Made by a program: the position numbers and the translations under genes | The notes under the pieces: model-generated | What the model saw: only the letters and a program-made list of their open reading frames with translations | What the model was told of the DNA's origin: nothing | The model's database searches: none | Part shown: one piece after another, positions 1 to 8,810 of the stretch | Layout: every line of letters starts with the position of its first letter | How positions within the stretch are numbered: the first letter of the stretch is position 1 | From: Myxococcota bacterium | GTDB lineage: Bacteria > Myxococcota_A > UBA796 > SXON01 | Length of the DNA stretch: 59,090 bases | Assembly: GCA_040386535.1 (NCBI GenBank) | Contig: JAZKFH010000038.1 | Location: forward strand, 1-59,090 | Reading direction: 5' to 3'

Positions 1-234
1 GGTGAGGCGCCACCCCTCGCGTTTGGCACCCTGCGGGTGACGAACGGCCGGGGTGCGGCGCCACCCCTCGCGTTTGGCACCCTGCGGGTGAGGAACGGCC
101 GGGGTGAGGCGCCACCCCTCGCGTTTGGCACCCTGCGAGTGACGAACGGCCGGGGTGAGGCACCAGCCGTCGGGTTTGGCACCCTGCGGGTGACGAACGG
201 CCGGGGTGAGGCGCCACCCCTCGCGTTTGGCACC
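1..234. repeat. Tandem repeat, 51-bp unit, ~4.6 copies, cut off by the window start
   Basis: Unit ggtgaggcgccacccctcgcgtttggcaccctgcgggtgacgaacggccgg starts at 1, 52, 103, 154 and 205 with few substitutions. Confidence 0.95.
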
Positions 235-286
235 GTCCAAGGCGGTCTCCCCGCTCTCCCGCCGCCCTCCGTGCGCGGAGGCACCC

Positions 287-430
287 CCTGTCGAACAGGT
301 GGGTGGGTCTCGTCCGTGGGGCGGACGAAGTCGGGATCCCTGTCGAACAGGTGGGCGGGTTCCGTCCGTGGGGCGGACGAAGCCGGGGGACCTGTCGAAC
401 AGGTGGGTGGGTCTCGTCCGTGGGGCGGCG
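287..430. repeat. Tandem repeat, 52-bp unit, ~3 copies, with two small palindromes (REP-like)
   Basis: cctgtcgaacagg at 287, 339 and 391; each unit also has the hairpin cgtccg-tgggg-cggacg (partial in the last copy). Confidence 0.9.
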
Positions 431-507
431 GAACATTTCCGGAAAAGCCGGTCTTCGCGCACCGGATGAGACGCAACCCCTCGCGTTCGGCGCCGGGCCG
501 GCCGCTG

Positions 508-642
508 CCCGCGGCAGGACTCTGGAGGGCGGCCGGCCCTGGCTCGGCAGGGGCGGCCGGTCCCGCCCGCCTCGGGCGGACCAAGCGCTTCAGCGCGCGC
601 CCGCAAGAGGCCGACGGCGCCGTCTTTGGCGCCGGGCCGCCC
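508..642 (-). repeat. Dispersed structured element, copy A (candidate structured RNA/DNA)
   Basis: Near-identical 135-bp copy at 4052-4186; outer stem gggcggcc/ggccgccc encloses several hairpins; lies 16 bp past the stop at 659. Confidence 0.85.
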
Positions 643-658
643 CGCGCTCACGTACCGG

Positions 659-1471
659 TCAGTCCGCGAATACTCCTGTCACCAACGTCCGCCCCGCGAA
701 CCACGCGTCGAGCGTGGCATCGTCGAGGAGCGGCGCGATGACGGTATAGTTGGTGCGGAACGCCGCGGACGAGGACGCCGGCTCACACCGCGGGCCCTGG
801 TACCCGTGGTAGTCGGAGTGGCAGAACTTCACCTCCGCGCCGTCGTTCCACAACAATCCGGCGTGGTTGGCGAGGCCGACGCCCCACAAGCCCACGCCCG
901 CCTTCTCGGCGTAGGTGACCACGTCCGCAAACCGGGCGCCGAAGTGGCGGAGGGCGCCTGGCACGGCCACGGTGAGGAGGATGCGCTCGGAGGCCTGTTG
1001 ACCCACCTGGTTCCGATTGATGCGGAGGCCGGCGTCTCGCAGCACGCTCGCCACCCAATAGCCACACGCGACCTGGCCCCCGTCGCTCGGCACCAAATCG
1101 GCGCCGTAGAAGGTCCAACGGGTGCCGGACCACGCGGGGATGATGCGCTCGGTGATCGCGCCGCGGAGATAGGCGCGGGCCTGATCGTGGGTGCCTCCGG
1201 TCGCGAACGTGCCACGCGCGGCCTCGATGGCGGCGACGAGCGCGGGGTAGTTGGCGTGGGTTGGTTCGGGGAGGTCGGCCACCGTTGGGAGGTCGGCCGC
1301 GGCGAGCGGACGGCGGGGCGGTGGGGCGGGGATCGGCTCGGGAGCCGCGGGCTCGACGGGGGGCGCGACCCGCGCAGGCACGGCCGGGGCCTCGGGCGGG
1401 GCGGCGGGAGGGCGCGCGACCGCCACCTCCGAGGGCGAAGGTGGTGCGCACGCGAGGAGGAGGGCGAGCAT
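659..1471 (-). CDS. Putative lipoprotein with an NlpC/P60-like (Cys-His) domain
   Basis: Start MLALLLAC, Pro/Ala linker, then W.GT.W.FYG, VACGYWV and NHAG motifs typical of papain-like NlpC/P60 folds. Confidence 0.6.
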   Translation of the reverse strand: MLALLLACAPPSPSEVAVARPPAAPPEAPAVPARVAPPVEPAAPEPIPAPPPRRPLAAADLPTVADLPEPTHANYPALVAAIEAARGTFATGGTHDQARAYLRGAITERIIPAWSGTRWTFYGADLVPSDGGQVACGYWVASVLRDAGLRINRNQVGQQASERILLTVAVPGALRHFGARFADVVTYAEKAGVGLWGVGLANHAGLLWNDGAEVKFCHSDYHGYQGPRCEPASSSAAFRTNYTVIAPLLDDATLDAWFAGRTLVTGVFAD

Positions 1472-1675
1472 GTTGGGAGTGAAGCACAGATTTCGAACGA
1501 CCGCCGGGAAGATGCGCGCCCGATCAGGGCGGACGGACGGGCGCGGACGCCCGCCGCCGCGGAGGCGGATGGGCGGGGCGCCTGGTGGGGGGCGCGCACG
1601 CGGCGATGTGAGATCCCTGAGAGGATGCAACGTCACCCCGGTCCACTATGGTGAAGCGCTCCCCCGGATCGTTCC

Positions 1676-2488
1676 ATGCGTATCGCTCTCTTGCTGTTCC
1701 TCGGCGCCTGCTCCGGCGCGCCCGCTCCCGACGACACCTCCACGGACGCCGACGACACCGCGGCCGACACCGACACCGACGACACCACTGAGGACACGGA
1801 CGACACCGACGACACCACGGAGGACACGGACGACACCGACACCGATGACACGGACACCGACGAGGAGCCCGTGACGCCGCACGATTGCCTCGACAATCAT
1901 GGCATCTTCGGCCTCACGTCACGGTGGAGCTACGAGTGGAAGAACTCGAGCCGCACCGGCGCCCGCAACGTGACGGTCAACGCGTACGACAACGCCAGGA
2001 ACACCGCCACCCGCACCATCGGGAGCACCTGGATCGACGGCGCGGCCACGTTCTCGGAGACCCGCGTGGTCGACTATGTCTGCGACGCCGACTACCTCTA
2101 CGTGGTGTCCCAGACCCTGAACAGCACGCTCGATGTGGGCTTCGGCAGCCCCACGGTCGTCGCGAACACCTACACCTACACCGAGCCGGAGCGCGTGCAG
2201 GCCAACGTCACGCTCGAGCCGCCAACGCCGACGATGTGGACCAAGCGGACCGTCGGCACCCGGGTGGACAGCACCGGGGCCTCTACCGCCTTCGATACCT
2301 CCGTCATGTGTTGGATCGCGGCGATGGACCAGGGCGGGTACACCCCGTTCGTGCCCGACCACTACCAATGCGGGAGCCCGCCGACCTACCCCGAGACCGA
2401 GCCGACGGTGACCGAGGAGTACCGTTGGGAGGAGGGGATTGGTATCGTCAATGACTGGGACACGCGGTTGACCGCGCACACGCCGTAG
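1676..2488 (+). CDS. Hypothetical lipoprotein with an Asp/Thr-rich linker (paralog of 39282-40100)
   Basis: Lipobox LGAC, DTD/TED repeats, beta-rich C-terminal domain containing YVCDADYL. Confidence 0.8.
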   Translation: MRIALLLFLGACSGAPAPDDTSTDADDTAADTDTDDTTEDTDDTDDTTEDTDDTDTDDTDTDEEPVTPHDCLDNHGIFGLTSRWSYEWKNSSRTGARNVTVNAYDNARNTATRTIGSTWIDGAATFSETRVVDYVCDADYLYVVSQTLNSTLDVGFGSPTVVANTYTYTEPERVQANVTLEPPTPTMWTKRTVGTRVDSTGASTAFDTSVMCWIAAMDQGGYTPFVPDHYQCGSPPTYPETEPTVTEEYRWEEGIGIVNDWDTRLTAHTP

Positions 2489-2551
2489 ATTGGTTCACGC
2501 AAAGGGGGCCCGCGGCTTGCGGGGGCCTCCGCTCGCGGCTATCGGGCGCGA

Positions 2552-4015
2552 ATGTCCTGCAAGCTGCGTTGGTTCTCGCTCCTCTCGCTCTCCCTCGCCT
2601 CGATCCTGGCCTGCGCCGGCGGCCAGCAATGTGGCGAGGGCACGGTGTCGGCCGACAAGGAGTGTGTCGCCGAAGAGGCGGACGCGGACACGGACGCCGA
2701 CACGGATGCCGACACGGACGCCGACACGGACGCCGATACGGATGCCGATACGGATGCGGACACCGACGCGGACACGGACACCGACCCCACCTCCACGCCG
2801 ACGATCACGTTGTCCTCCCCGGCGGACGGGGCAGTCAGTGACGATGGCAGCTTTGCGCTGGCCTGGTCGGTCACGGACTTCACGTTGAACGCGGGCGCCA
2901 TCGGCGGCGCCAACGAGGAGGGCGTGGGCCACGTGCACCTGTACGCGGACGGTACGTTGGTCGCCGAGGACGGCGACAGGTCGGGCGCGGTGGCGGGCCT
3001 GGCCTCGGGCGCCCACAGGATCGAGGTGCGGCTCGCCGACAACGACCACACCGAGATCTCCGGCGCTGACGACGAGGTCGCGGTGCAGGTCCTGCGTCCC
3101 TCCGTGACGATCGACTCCCCCCGGGACGGCGAGGTGTTGGACGCCTGCAGCGCCGCCCTGGAGATGAGTGTCACCAACTTCGTGATGAACCCGGAGGTCG
3201 GCGGCGCCGCTGTCGCCGGGGAGGGGCATTACCATGTGATCGTGGACGGTGCGTACTACGACTACGGCACCGATGTGTCGCGCTTCGTCGTCGGCGGGCT
3301 CTCGTCGGGCACCTCCCACACGCTCCAGGTCGAGCTGGTCTACGCCGACCACAGCGCCACCGGTATCGAATCCGACGAGATCACGGTGAGCGTGCCGGGC
3401 GCGTCCATGTGTGTCACGGTCTCCACGGGCGGCTCGGGCGCCAGTTGGGACTCCGCGACGGTGCCGCTCGCGATCACCACGTCCAACTTCACGCTCTCTC
3501 CGACGCGGGTTGGCACGACCCCTGTCACGGGGCAGGGCCACTACCACGTGTACGTCGACGGGGTCTACATCGACTACGGCGCCACGTCCGAGTACGTCCT
3601 GTACGACATGGCGGCAGGGGAGCACGCGATCGAGGTCCGGCTGGCGGAGAACGACCACACCGAGTTGGAGGTGGCCCACACCGTGCCGGTCACGATCACG
3701 ACGGATCGGCCCAACATCCTGCTCACCAGCCCCATCGAGGGCGATTTCGTGGGCTCCAGCTTCAACGTCGAGGTGTCGCTCGAGAACTTCACCCTCGATC
3801 CGGCGGCGGTCGGCGGCGCCAACGTGCCCGACCGCGGTCACTACCACGTGTACGTGGACGGGTCCTACAATACCTATTGCGCCACGCGCACCTGCTCGGT
3901 TTCGTTGTTTGGCGGGAGCGGCGCACACACCGTCGGGGTGCGCCTGGTGGAGAACGACCACACCGACCTGTCGCCGGAAGTGTCCTCCGCCGAGGTCAGC
4001 GTCTACTCGGATTGA
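2552..4015 (+). CDS. Lipoprotein with DADT repeats and four His-rich beta domains (DUF4399/DUF6130-like, putative metal binding)
   Basis: ILAC lipobox; four repeats of GHxHxxxDG...HxxxVxLxxxDH. Confidence 0.8.
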   Translation: MSCKLRWFSLLSLSLASILACAGGQQCGEGTVSADKECVAEEADADTDADTDADTDADTDADTDADTDADTDADTDTDPTSTPTITLSSPADGAVSDDGSFALAWSVTDFTLNAGAIGGANEEGVGHVHLYADGTLVAEDGDRSGAVAGLASGAHRIEVRLADNDHTEISGADDEVAVQVLRPSVTIDSPRDGEVLDACSAALEMSVTNFVMNPEVGGAAVAGEGHYHVIVDGAYYDYGTDVSRFVVGGLSSGTSHTLQVELVYADHSATGIESDEITVSVPGASMCVTVSTGGSGASWDSATVPLAITTSNFTLSPTRVGTTPVTGQGHYHVYVDGVYIDYGATSEYVLYDMAAGEHAIEVRLAENDHTELEVAHTVPVTITTDRPNILLTSPIEGDFVGSSFNVEVSLENFTLDPAAVGGANVPDRGHYHVYVDGSYNTYCATRTCSVSLFGGSGAHTVGVRLVENDHTDLSPEVSSAEVSVYSD

Positions 4016-4051
4016 AGGTGGGGTGGCCAGGTGCGGGGTGCCCCCGGTCTC

Positions 4052-4186
4052 CCCGCGGCAGGCCTCCGGAGGGCGGCCGGCCCTGGCTCGGCAGGGGCGG
4101 CCGGTCCCGCCCGCTTCGGGCGGACCAAGCGCGTCAGCGCGCGCCCGCAGGGGGCCGACGGCGCCGTCCTCGGCGCCGGGCCGCCC
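4052..4186 (-). repeat. Dispersed structured element, copy B
   Basis: 135-bp near-copy of 508-642 between convergent genes; 2 bp from the stop at 4189. Confidence 0.85.
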
Positions 4187-4188
4187 GA

Positions 4189-5268
4189 TCAAGTGCCGCC
4201 CACCTCCGCCATGTAGAACCCCTCCCGGTCCTCGTCCGGCCAGACCGTCGCCTCGCGAAGGGGCTCCCCGCCGAGCACGCTGCGCACGAGCGCCTCGTTC
4301 TCCGCGCGGGTGAGCGCGCACGTGGCGTACACGACGCGGTCGGCGAGGCGGCGCGCGTCCGCGAGCAGCTGGGCCTGGATGTCGGTGGGGTAGCGCAACT
4401 TCCAGCGGTTCTCGGGGTGGCGGCGCAACACGCCGGTGCCGGAGCAGGGGGCGTCGACGAGCACGAGATCGTAGCGGCCCTTTCCGGGGGACGGGGGGGG
4501 CCCTACACGGATGGCGAGGTTCGCACGCGCCGCGCGCTTGCGCAGCTCCACGAGCGCGGCGGGACGCACGTCCCAGGCCTGCACGTCAGCGCCGAGGGCC
4601 GCCAGGGCGAGGCTCTTGCCGCCGGCGCCCGCGCACAGATCGAGGACGCGCAGCCCCGGCGTGGGCGCCACGAAGTCGACGATGGCCTGGCTGCCGAGGT
4701 CCATCACCTCCACCCGGCCCTCGCGCCACGCGTCGAGCAGCTGCACGTTGGCGCGTCCGTCGAGCACGAGGCCGTGGGCGCCGACGCGGCGGTGGGGAAC
4801 GGGGAGGTCGACCGGCTCGCGCAGGACGCGGAGGGTGACGGGGGCGCGTCCAGCGAGCCTGCGCGCGAGGTCGATCGCCGCTTGGGGTCCCAAGCGCTCC
4901 CACCACTCGGCCGCGAGCGCGTCGGGGACGGAGAGGGCGACGGCGTAGGCCTTCGCGGGGTCGGGCTCGGGGTCGGGCAGATCGGGCGGGCCCTCGGCGG
5001 CGAGGCGGAGCCACGCGGTGAGCGGGTCGGGATCGATGCGGGCGAGGGCGCGCTCGTGGCGGATGAGGCCGAGCAGCAGATCGCCCGCGACGGGGCGCTC
5101 CTTGGAGCCGAACGCGCGGATCTCGCGGAGGCCTTGCGCCACGATGGGGCCGGCGTGGGAGGGGCGGGCGTGCATGGCGGCGAGCAGGGGCGCAAGCGCA
5201 CGCAGCAGCTTGGGGCTCGGCACGGGCGGGCGCGGGAGGGCGATGGACCAGAGGGGCGTGTCGGTCAT
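4189..5268 (-). CDS. RsmB/NOP2-family RNA m5C methyltransferase
   Basis: VLDLCAGAGGKS, LVDAPCSGTG and YATC motifs; ATG overlaps the upstream stop (ATGA). Confidence 0.9.
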   Translation of the reverse strand: MTDTPLWSIALPRPPVPSPKLLRALAPLLAAMHARPSHAGPIVAQGLREIRAFGSKERPVAGDLLLGLIRHERALARIDPDPLTAWLRLAAEGPPDLPDPEPDPAKAYAVALSVPDALAAEWWERLGPQAAIDLARRLAGRAPVTLRVLREPVDLPVPHRRVGAHGLVLDGRANVQLLDAWREGRVEVMDLGSQAIVDFVAPTPGLRVLDLCAGAGGKSLALAALGADVQAWDVRPAALVELRKRAARANLAIRVGPPPSPGKGRYDLVLVDAPCSGTGVLRRHPENRWKLRYPTDIQAQLLADARRLADRVVYATCALTRAENEALVRSVLGGEPLREATVWPDEDREGFYMAEVGGT

Positions 5269-6920
5269 TGGGCCAGGTCGACCCACACCGCCGGGCCGCA
5301 GCCGCCGGACGGGGTGGTGGTGAGGGTGAGCGCGCCCGCGGACACGGGGACGGAGAAGGCGGCGGCGTCGGTGTAGGGCGCGACCACGCCGCTGTCGTAG
5401 AGGGGCGCGCCGCCCTGCGAGAGGGTGAAGGTGACACCGCCCGCGCACGCGCCGTTCCAGTCGTGGAGGCCGACGCGGCCGCGGAGGGTGCCGGCGGTGA
5501 CGGTGGTGTCGAGCGTGGCCGCGCCTGCGTAGACGCCGGTGCAGAAGTGCTCGCCGTTCACGACGAAGCCGGGGCCCCACGTGGTCACGTCGGCGGCGAC
5601 GGGCGCGGCACCGCTGGTGTAGGCCAGCGTCGACGGCCCGGAGCACCGCGCGACCTCGGCGCCCGCGAGCCGGGAGAGCCGCGCGTGCAGGAAGAAGCGC
5701 AGATCGGCCACGCGGGCCTCGTGCGCGGCGCAGGGATGGAACCAGTCGCGGCACGCGGCCTCGTCGATGACGGCGGCCCACTCGACGACCTTGGCGTCGA
5801 CCGTCTCCCAATCGAGCGGCCCCGCCACGACCCGGGCGGCCCACCCGTCGACGTCCCAGCCGGCGGCGCGGGCGCGGGCGTAGACCGGATCGCTGTAGGT
5901 GGCGCCGGTGATCGGGTTCAGGCGCGCGTGGGACCAGAGCCACGGCTCCTCCAGGCCCATCTCCAGCGCGTTGGTGAAGTACCCGGGGTAGCCGAGGTCG
6001 GCGTCCATGTCCCAGGGGATCATCGTGATGCGGCCGTGGTCGTCGTAGAGGTAGAAGTTGTTGCCGTCGGCGGAGTAGGCGTCGATGGCGCCCATCATCG
6101 CGCGGGTCACGGAGACGCCCATCAGCCGGTCGACGTCGACGTGGGCGGCGAATTCCGCGTCGGTGCCGCCGTTCACGGCCGCGATGGCGGCGAGGAGCTC
6201 GGCGCCGTCGGTCTCAACGGCGGTCTGCGGGACGTACCAGTCGAGCGGGCCGCCCCAGGTGATGGGGTTCAGGCCCTGGCCGTAGCGCCAGTCCCAGGTG
6301 CCGTACAACGCGCCCTCGTCGTCGGGGAACCAGCGGCGGAGGAACACGTCGTCGATGGGCTCGAGCACGACGAAGAAGCCGTAGGACGCGCCGTTGACGT
6401 ACAGCTCGGCCCAGCCGGTGCGGGCGGCGGGGAGCCCCATCTCCCGTAGGACCCAGGCGGCGAGCGGATCGTTGAGGTAGCCGGCGTCCTGCGTGGAGCT
6501 GTCGAGCTTGAGCTGCTCCAGGCCGCGGTACTCCTGGCCGCCGACGTTGCGGTCGAACGAGAGCTTGATGGGGGTCTTGCCGTAGGACTGGCTGCCGGCG
6601 CCGAAGGCGCGCACGCCGATGTCGGCCACGACCTCGCCGTCCATCTCAAAATGCGCGATCTGCCAGTTCTCGGCGGTGTAGTTGGACGCGATGTCGGTCC
6701 ACGCGGCGGCGTCCATCGTCAGATCGATGCGGTGCACGACCGACGGATCGAACACGAAGTCGCTCTCGTCGACCGGCGCGGCGTCGCCGATGGACTCGAT
6801 CGCGTCCGTGTCGGGGGCGGTGTCGGCGAGCCCCGACTCAACGAGCCCGGGCGCCCCGTCGCCGGCCGGCGCGACGCAGCCCGCGCCGACGGCGAACAGG
6901 AAGAGGGGGAGCGCCCACAT
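5265..6920 (-). CDS. CotH-kinase-family lipoprotein with a C-terminal NPCBM-like domain
   Basis: K.PIKLSFD, YVNG..YG, D.Y..GNNFYLY and IPWDMD motifs; C-terminal GRVGLHD...DSGV...VWVD. Confidence 0.8.
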   Translation of the reverse strand: MWALPLFLFAVGAGCVAPAGDGAPGLVESGLADTAPDTDAIESIGDAAPVDESDFVFDPSVVHRIDLTMDAAAWTDIASNYTAENWQIAHFEMDGEVVADIGVRAFGAGSQSYGKTPIKLSFDRNVGGQEYRGLEQLKLDSSTQDAGYLNDPLAAWVLREMGLPAARTGWAELYVNGASYGFFVVLEPIDDVFLRRWFPDDEGALYGTWDWRYGQGLNPITWGGPLDWYVPQTAVETDGAELLAAIAAVNGGTDAEFAAHVDVDRLMGVSVTRAMMGAIDAYSADGNNFYLYDDHGRITMIPWDMDADLGYPGYFTNALEMGLEEPWLWSHARLNPITGATYSDPVYARARAAGWDVDGWAARVVAGPLDWETVDAKVVEWAAVIDEAACRDWFHPCAAHEARVADLRFFLHARLSRLAGAEVARCSGPSTLAYTSGAAPVAADVTTWGPGFVVNGEHFCTGVYAGAATLDTTVTAGTLRGRVGLHDWNGACAGGVTFTLSQGGAPLYDSGVVAPYTDAAAFSVPVSAGALTLTTTPSGGCGPAVWVDLAQ

Positions 6921-6926
6921 GTCGGG

Positions 6927-6932
6927 AGGGTA
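6927..6932 (-). promoter_or_regulatory. -10-like hexamer TACCCT 6 nt upstream of ATG (leaderless-type)
   Basis: Minus strand reads TACCCT-cccgac-ATG(6920); no Shine-Dalgarno sequence. Confidence 0.5.
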
Positions 6933-6960
6933 TCCCGGCCGACATCGCCCCCCCTCCCGC

Positions 6961-7132
6961 TGCGACTGCGGCCGTGCGCGGAGCGCGATGGCGGGTTGCC
7001 TCAGGGTGCGACGGCCGCCGTGCGCGGAGCGCGATGGCGGGTTGCCTCCCGGTGCGACTGCCGCCGTGCGCGGAGCGCGATGGCGGGTTGCCTCAGGGTG
7101 CGACTGCCGCCGTGCGCGGAGCGCGATGGCGG
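6961..7132. repeat. Tandem repeat, 46-bp hairpin-containing unit, ~3.7 copies
   Basis: tgcgactgccgccgtgcgcggagcgcgatggcgggttgcctcaggg at 6961, 7007, 7053 and 7099; stem ccgccgt..gcgc-gga-gcgc..atggcgg. Confidence 0.95.
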
Positions 7133-7269
7133 CACGTCGGGAGCATCAACGCCGTGCGAGGTCCGCCTCGCATGGCGGGTTGCACCACGGTTGCCGACGT
7201 CAGCCCGGTCCGGCGGGCTGATGTCGGCACACCGGCTCATGTCGGCACACCGGCGGATAATGCGCCCCG

Positions 7270-8118
7270 ATGAAAGACGCCCTCATCATCTCCGCCCTCT
7301 CGGTCGTCCCAAAAAACCACGCAGCCCGCCTCATGGGCGTATTCGCACGCACCCGCCTCCCCGCGGCGGCGCAGCGGGCGCTGTTGCGCTGGTACGTCGG
7401 AAAGTACAGGGTAGACCTGGAGGAGTGTGAGGGCGGCCTGGACGACTACGGGAGCCTCACCGACTTCTTCACGCGTGCGCTCAAGCCCGGCGTGCGCCCG
7501 GTCGACCCGGCGCCGCGCGCGATCGTGTCCCCGTGTGACGGGATGGCCTACGCCGTGGGCCGCATCGAGGGCGGGCGCATTCCGCAGTCGGAGGGCAAGA
7601 GCTACGACGTGAAGGAGCTGCTCGGGGGCGAGGGCTCCGAGGGCCACGACCGCTACGAGGGCGGCGACTTCGCGGTCCTGTACCTCTCCCCACGCGATTA
7701 CCACCGCGTACACGTGCCCCGCGAGGGCACCGTCACCCGCTACTCGTACCTGCCGGGCGCGCTCTGGCCGGTGTTCCCCGCGGCCACCCGTCGCATCGAG
7801 GCCCTGTTTGCCCGCAACGAGCGGCTCACGAGTTGGATCCGGTCGGACCTGGGCGAATACGCGCTGGTGATGGTCGGTGCCTTCGGCGTGGGGCGCATGC
7901 GCGTGGTGTTCGACCCGGTCGTGACCAACGAGGGCAAGGCGCGGGCCGAGGTACCCTTGACGCCGCCGGCCACGTTCGAACGCGCGGCCGAGATCGGGCG
8001 GTTCGAGATGGGCTCGACCGTCATCCTCGTGTTTCCGCCCAATACGGTGGAGTGGACGATCACCGCGGGGGATCCGGTGCGCGTGGGCGCGCGGGTCGGA
8101 GAGTGGCGCCAGAACTGA
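7270..8118 (+). CDS. psd: Phosphatidylserine decarboxylase proenzyme
   Basis: FFTR.LKPG.RP, YLSPRDYHRVH and the self-cleavage motif RFEMGSTVIL. Confidence 0.95.
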   Translation: MKDALIISALSVVPKNHAARLMGVFARTRLPAAAQRALLRWYVGKYRVDLEECEGGLDDYGSLTDFFTRALKPGVRPVDPAPRAIVSPCDGMAYAVGRIEGGRIPQSEGKSYDVKELLGGEGSEGHDRYEGGDFAVLYLSPRDYHRVHVPREGTVTRYSYLPGALWPVFPAATRRIEALFARNERLTSWIRSDLGEYALVMVGAFGVGRMRVVFDPVVTNEGKARAEVPLTPPATFERAAEIGRFEMGSTVILVFPPNTVEWTITAGDPVRVGARVGEWRQN

Positions 8119-8152
8119 CTTCCAAGCCAGTTTGAAGGCGGCTGGTTGACAC

Positions 8153-8181
8153 TTGGCAAGCGGTCGCGCTTCTGCTAACAG
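8153..8181 (+). promoter_or_regulatory. Possible sigma70-type promoter
   Basis: TTGGCA-N17-TAACAG with TG extension, upstream of GGAGG and ATG 8200. Confidence 0.35.
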
Positions 8182-8199
8182 GCGGGCGGAGGCATCCCC

Positions 8200-8796
8200 A
8201 TGCTGCGCGCAAGTCCCGAGTCGCCTCGCATGTTCCAGAGCGACTTCATCGACTTCTTCTCGCGTGTGCCCGCCCTGGTGGTGCCCGTGATCTTCGTCCC
8301 GATCATCGTGGCGTTGTTCGCGTGGGGCGTGACCGGCGCGGGCCTCGGCGTGTTGCCCGCGCTTGGCGCGGCGGTGGCGGGCTTCGTGGTGTGGACGTTC
8401 GCGGAGTATTGGCTGCACCGCACGTTGTTCCACTGGGTGCCGAACACCTCGTGGGGGCCGAAGATGCACTTCATCCTCCACGGCGTGCACCACGACTGGG
8501 TGAACGACAAGTACCGGCTCGTCATGCCGCCCGCCGCCAGCCTCGGCCTCGGCGTGGTGTTCTTCGCCCTGTTCTACGTGCTGCTCGGGCCCGTGTGGGT
8601 GTACCCGTTCTTCGCCGGGCACGTGTTGGGCTACCTCGGCTACGACATGGCGCACTATTACGTGCACCACTTCAAGCCGAAGAGCACGGTCATGAAGCGC
8701 CTGCGCGCCCACCACATGAACCACCACCACAACAAGGACGGGCGGAAGTTCGGCGTGAGCACGACGCTCTGGGATCACGTCTTCCGCACGTACTGA
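8200..8796 (+). CDS. Fatty acid hydroxylase / sterol desaturase family
   Basis: His boxes EYWLHRTLFH, HGVHH, HYYVHH and HHMNHH; hydrophobic segments. Confidence 0.92.
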   Translation: MLRASPESPRMFQSDFIDFFSRVPALVVPVIFVPIIVALFAWGVTGAGLGVLPALGAAVAGFVVWTFAEYWLHRTLFHWVPNTSWGPKMHFILHGVHHDWVNDKYRLVMPPAASLGLGVVFFALFYVLLGPVWVYPFFAGHVLGYLGYDMAHYYVHHFKPKSTVMKRLRAHHMNHHHNKDGRKFGVSTTLWDHVFRTY

Positions 8797-8810
8797 TCGG
8801 ATCTGCCCGC

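Noticed and set aside
1..430. Possible CRISPR array, or CDS 37-741
   Set aside because: The units are tandem with no unique spacers and no cas genes; the ORF is translated repeat sequence.
1527..1600. Possible eighth copy of the structured element
   Set aside because: It has ggacgga plus a hairpin but lacks the conserved linker.
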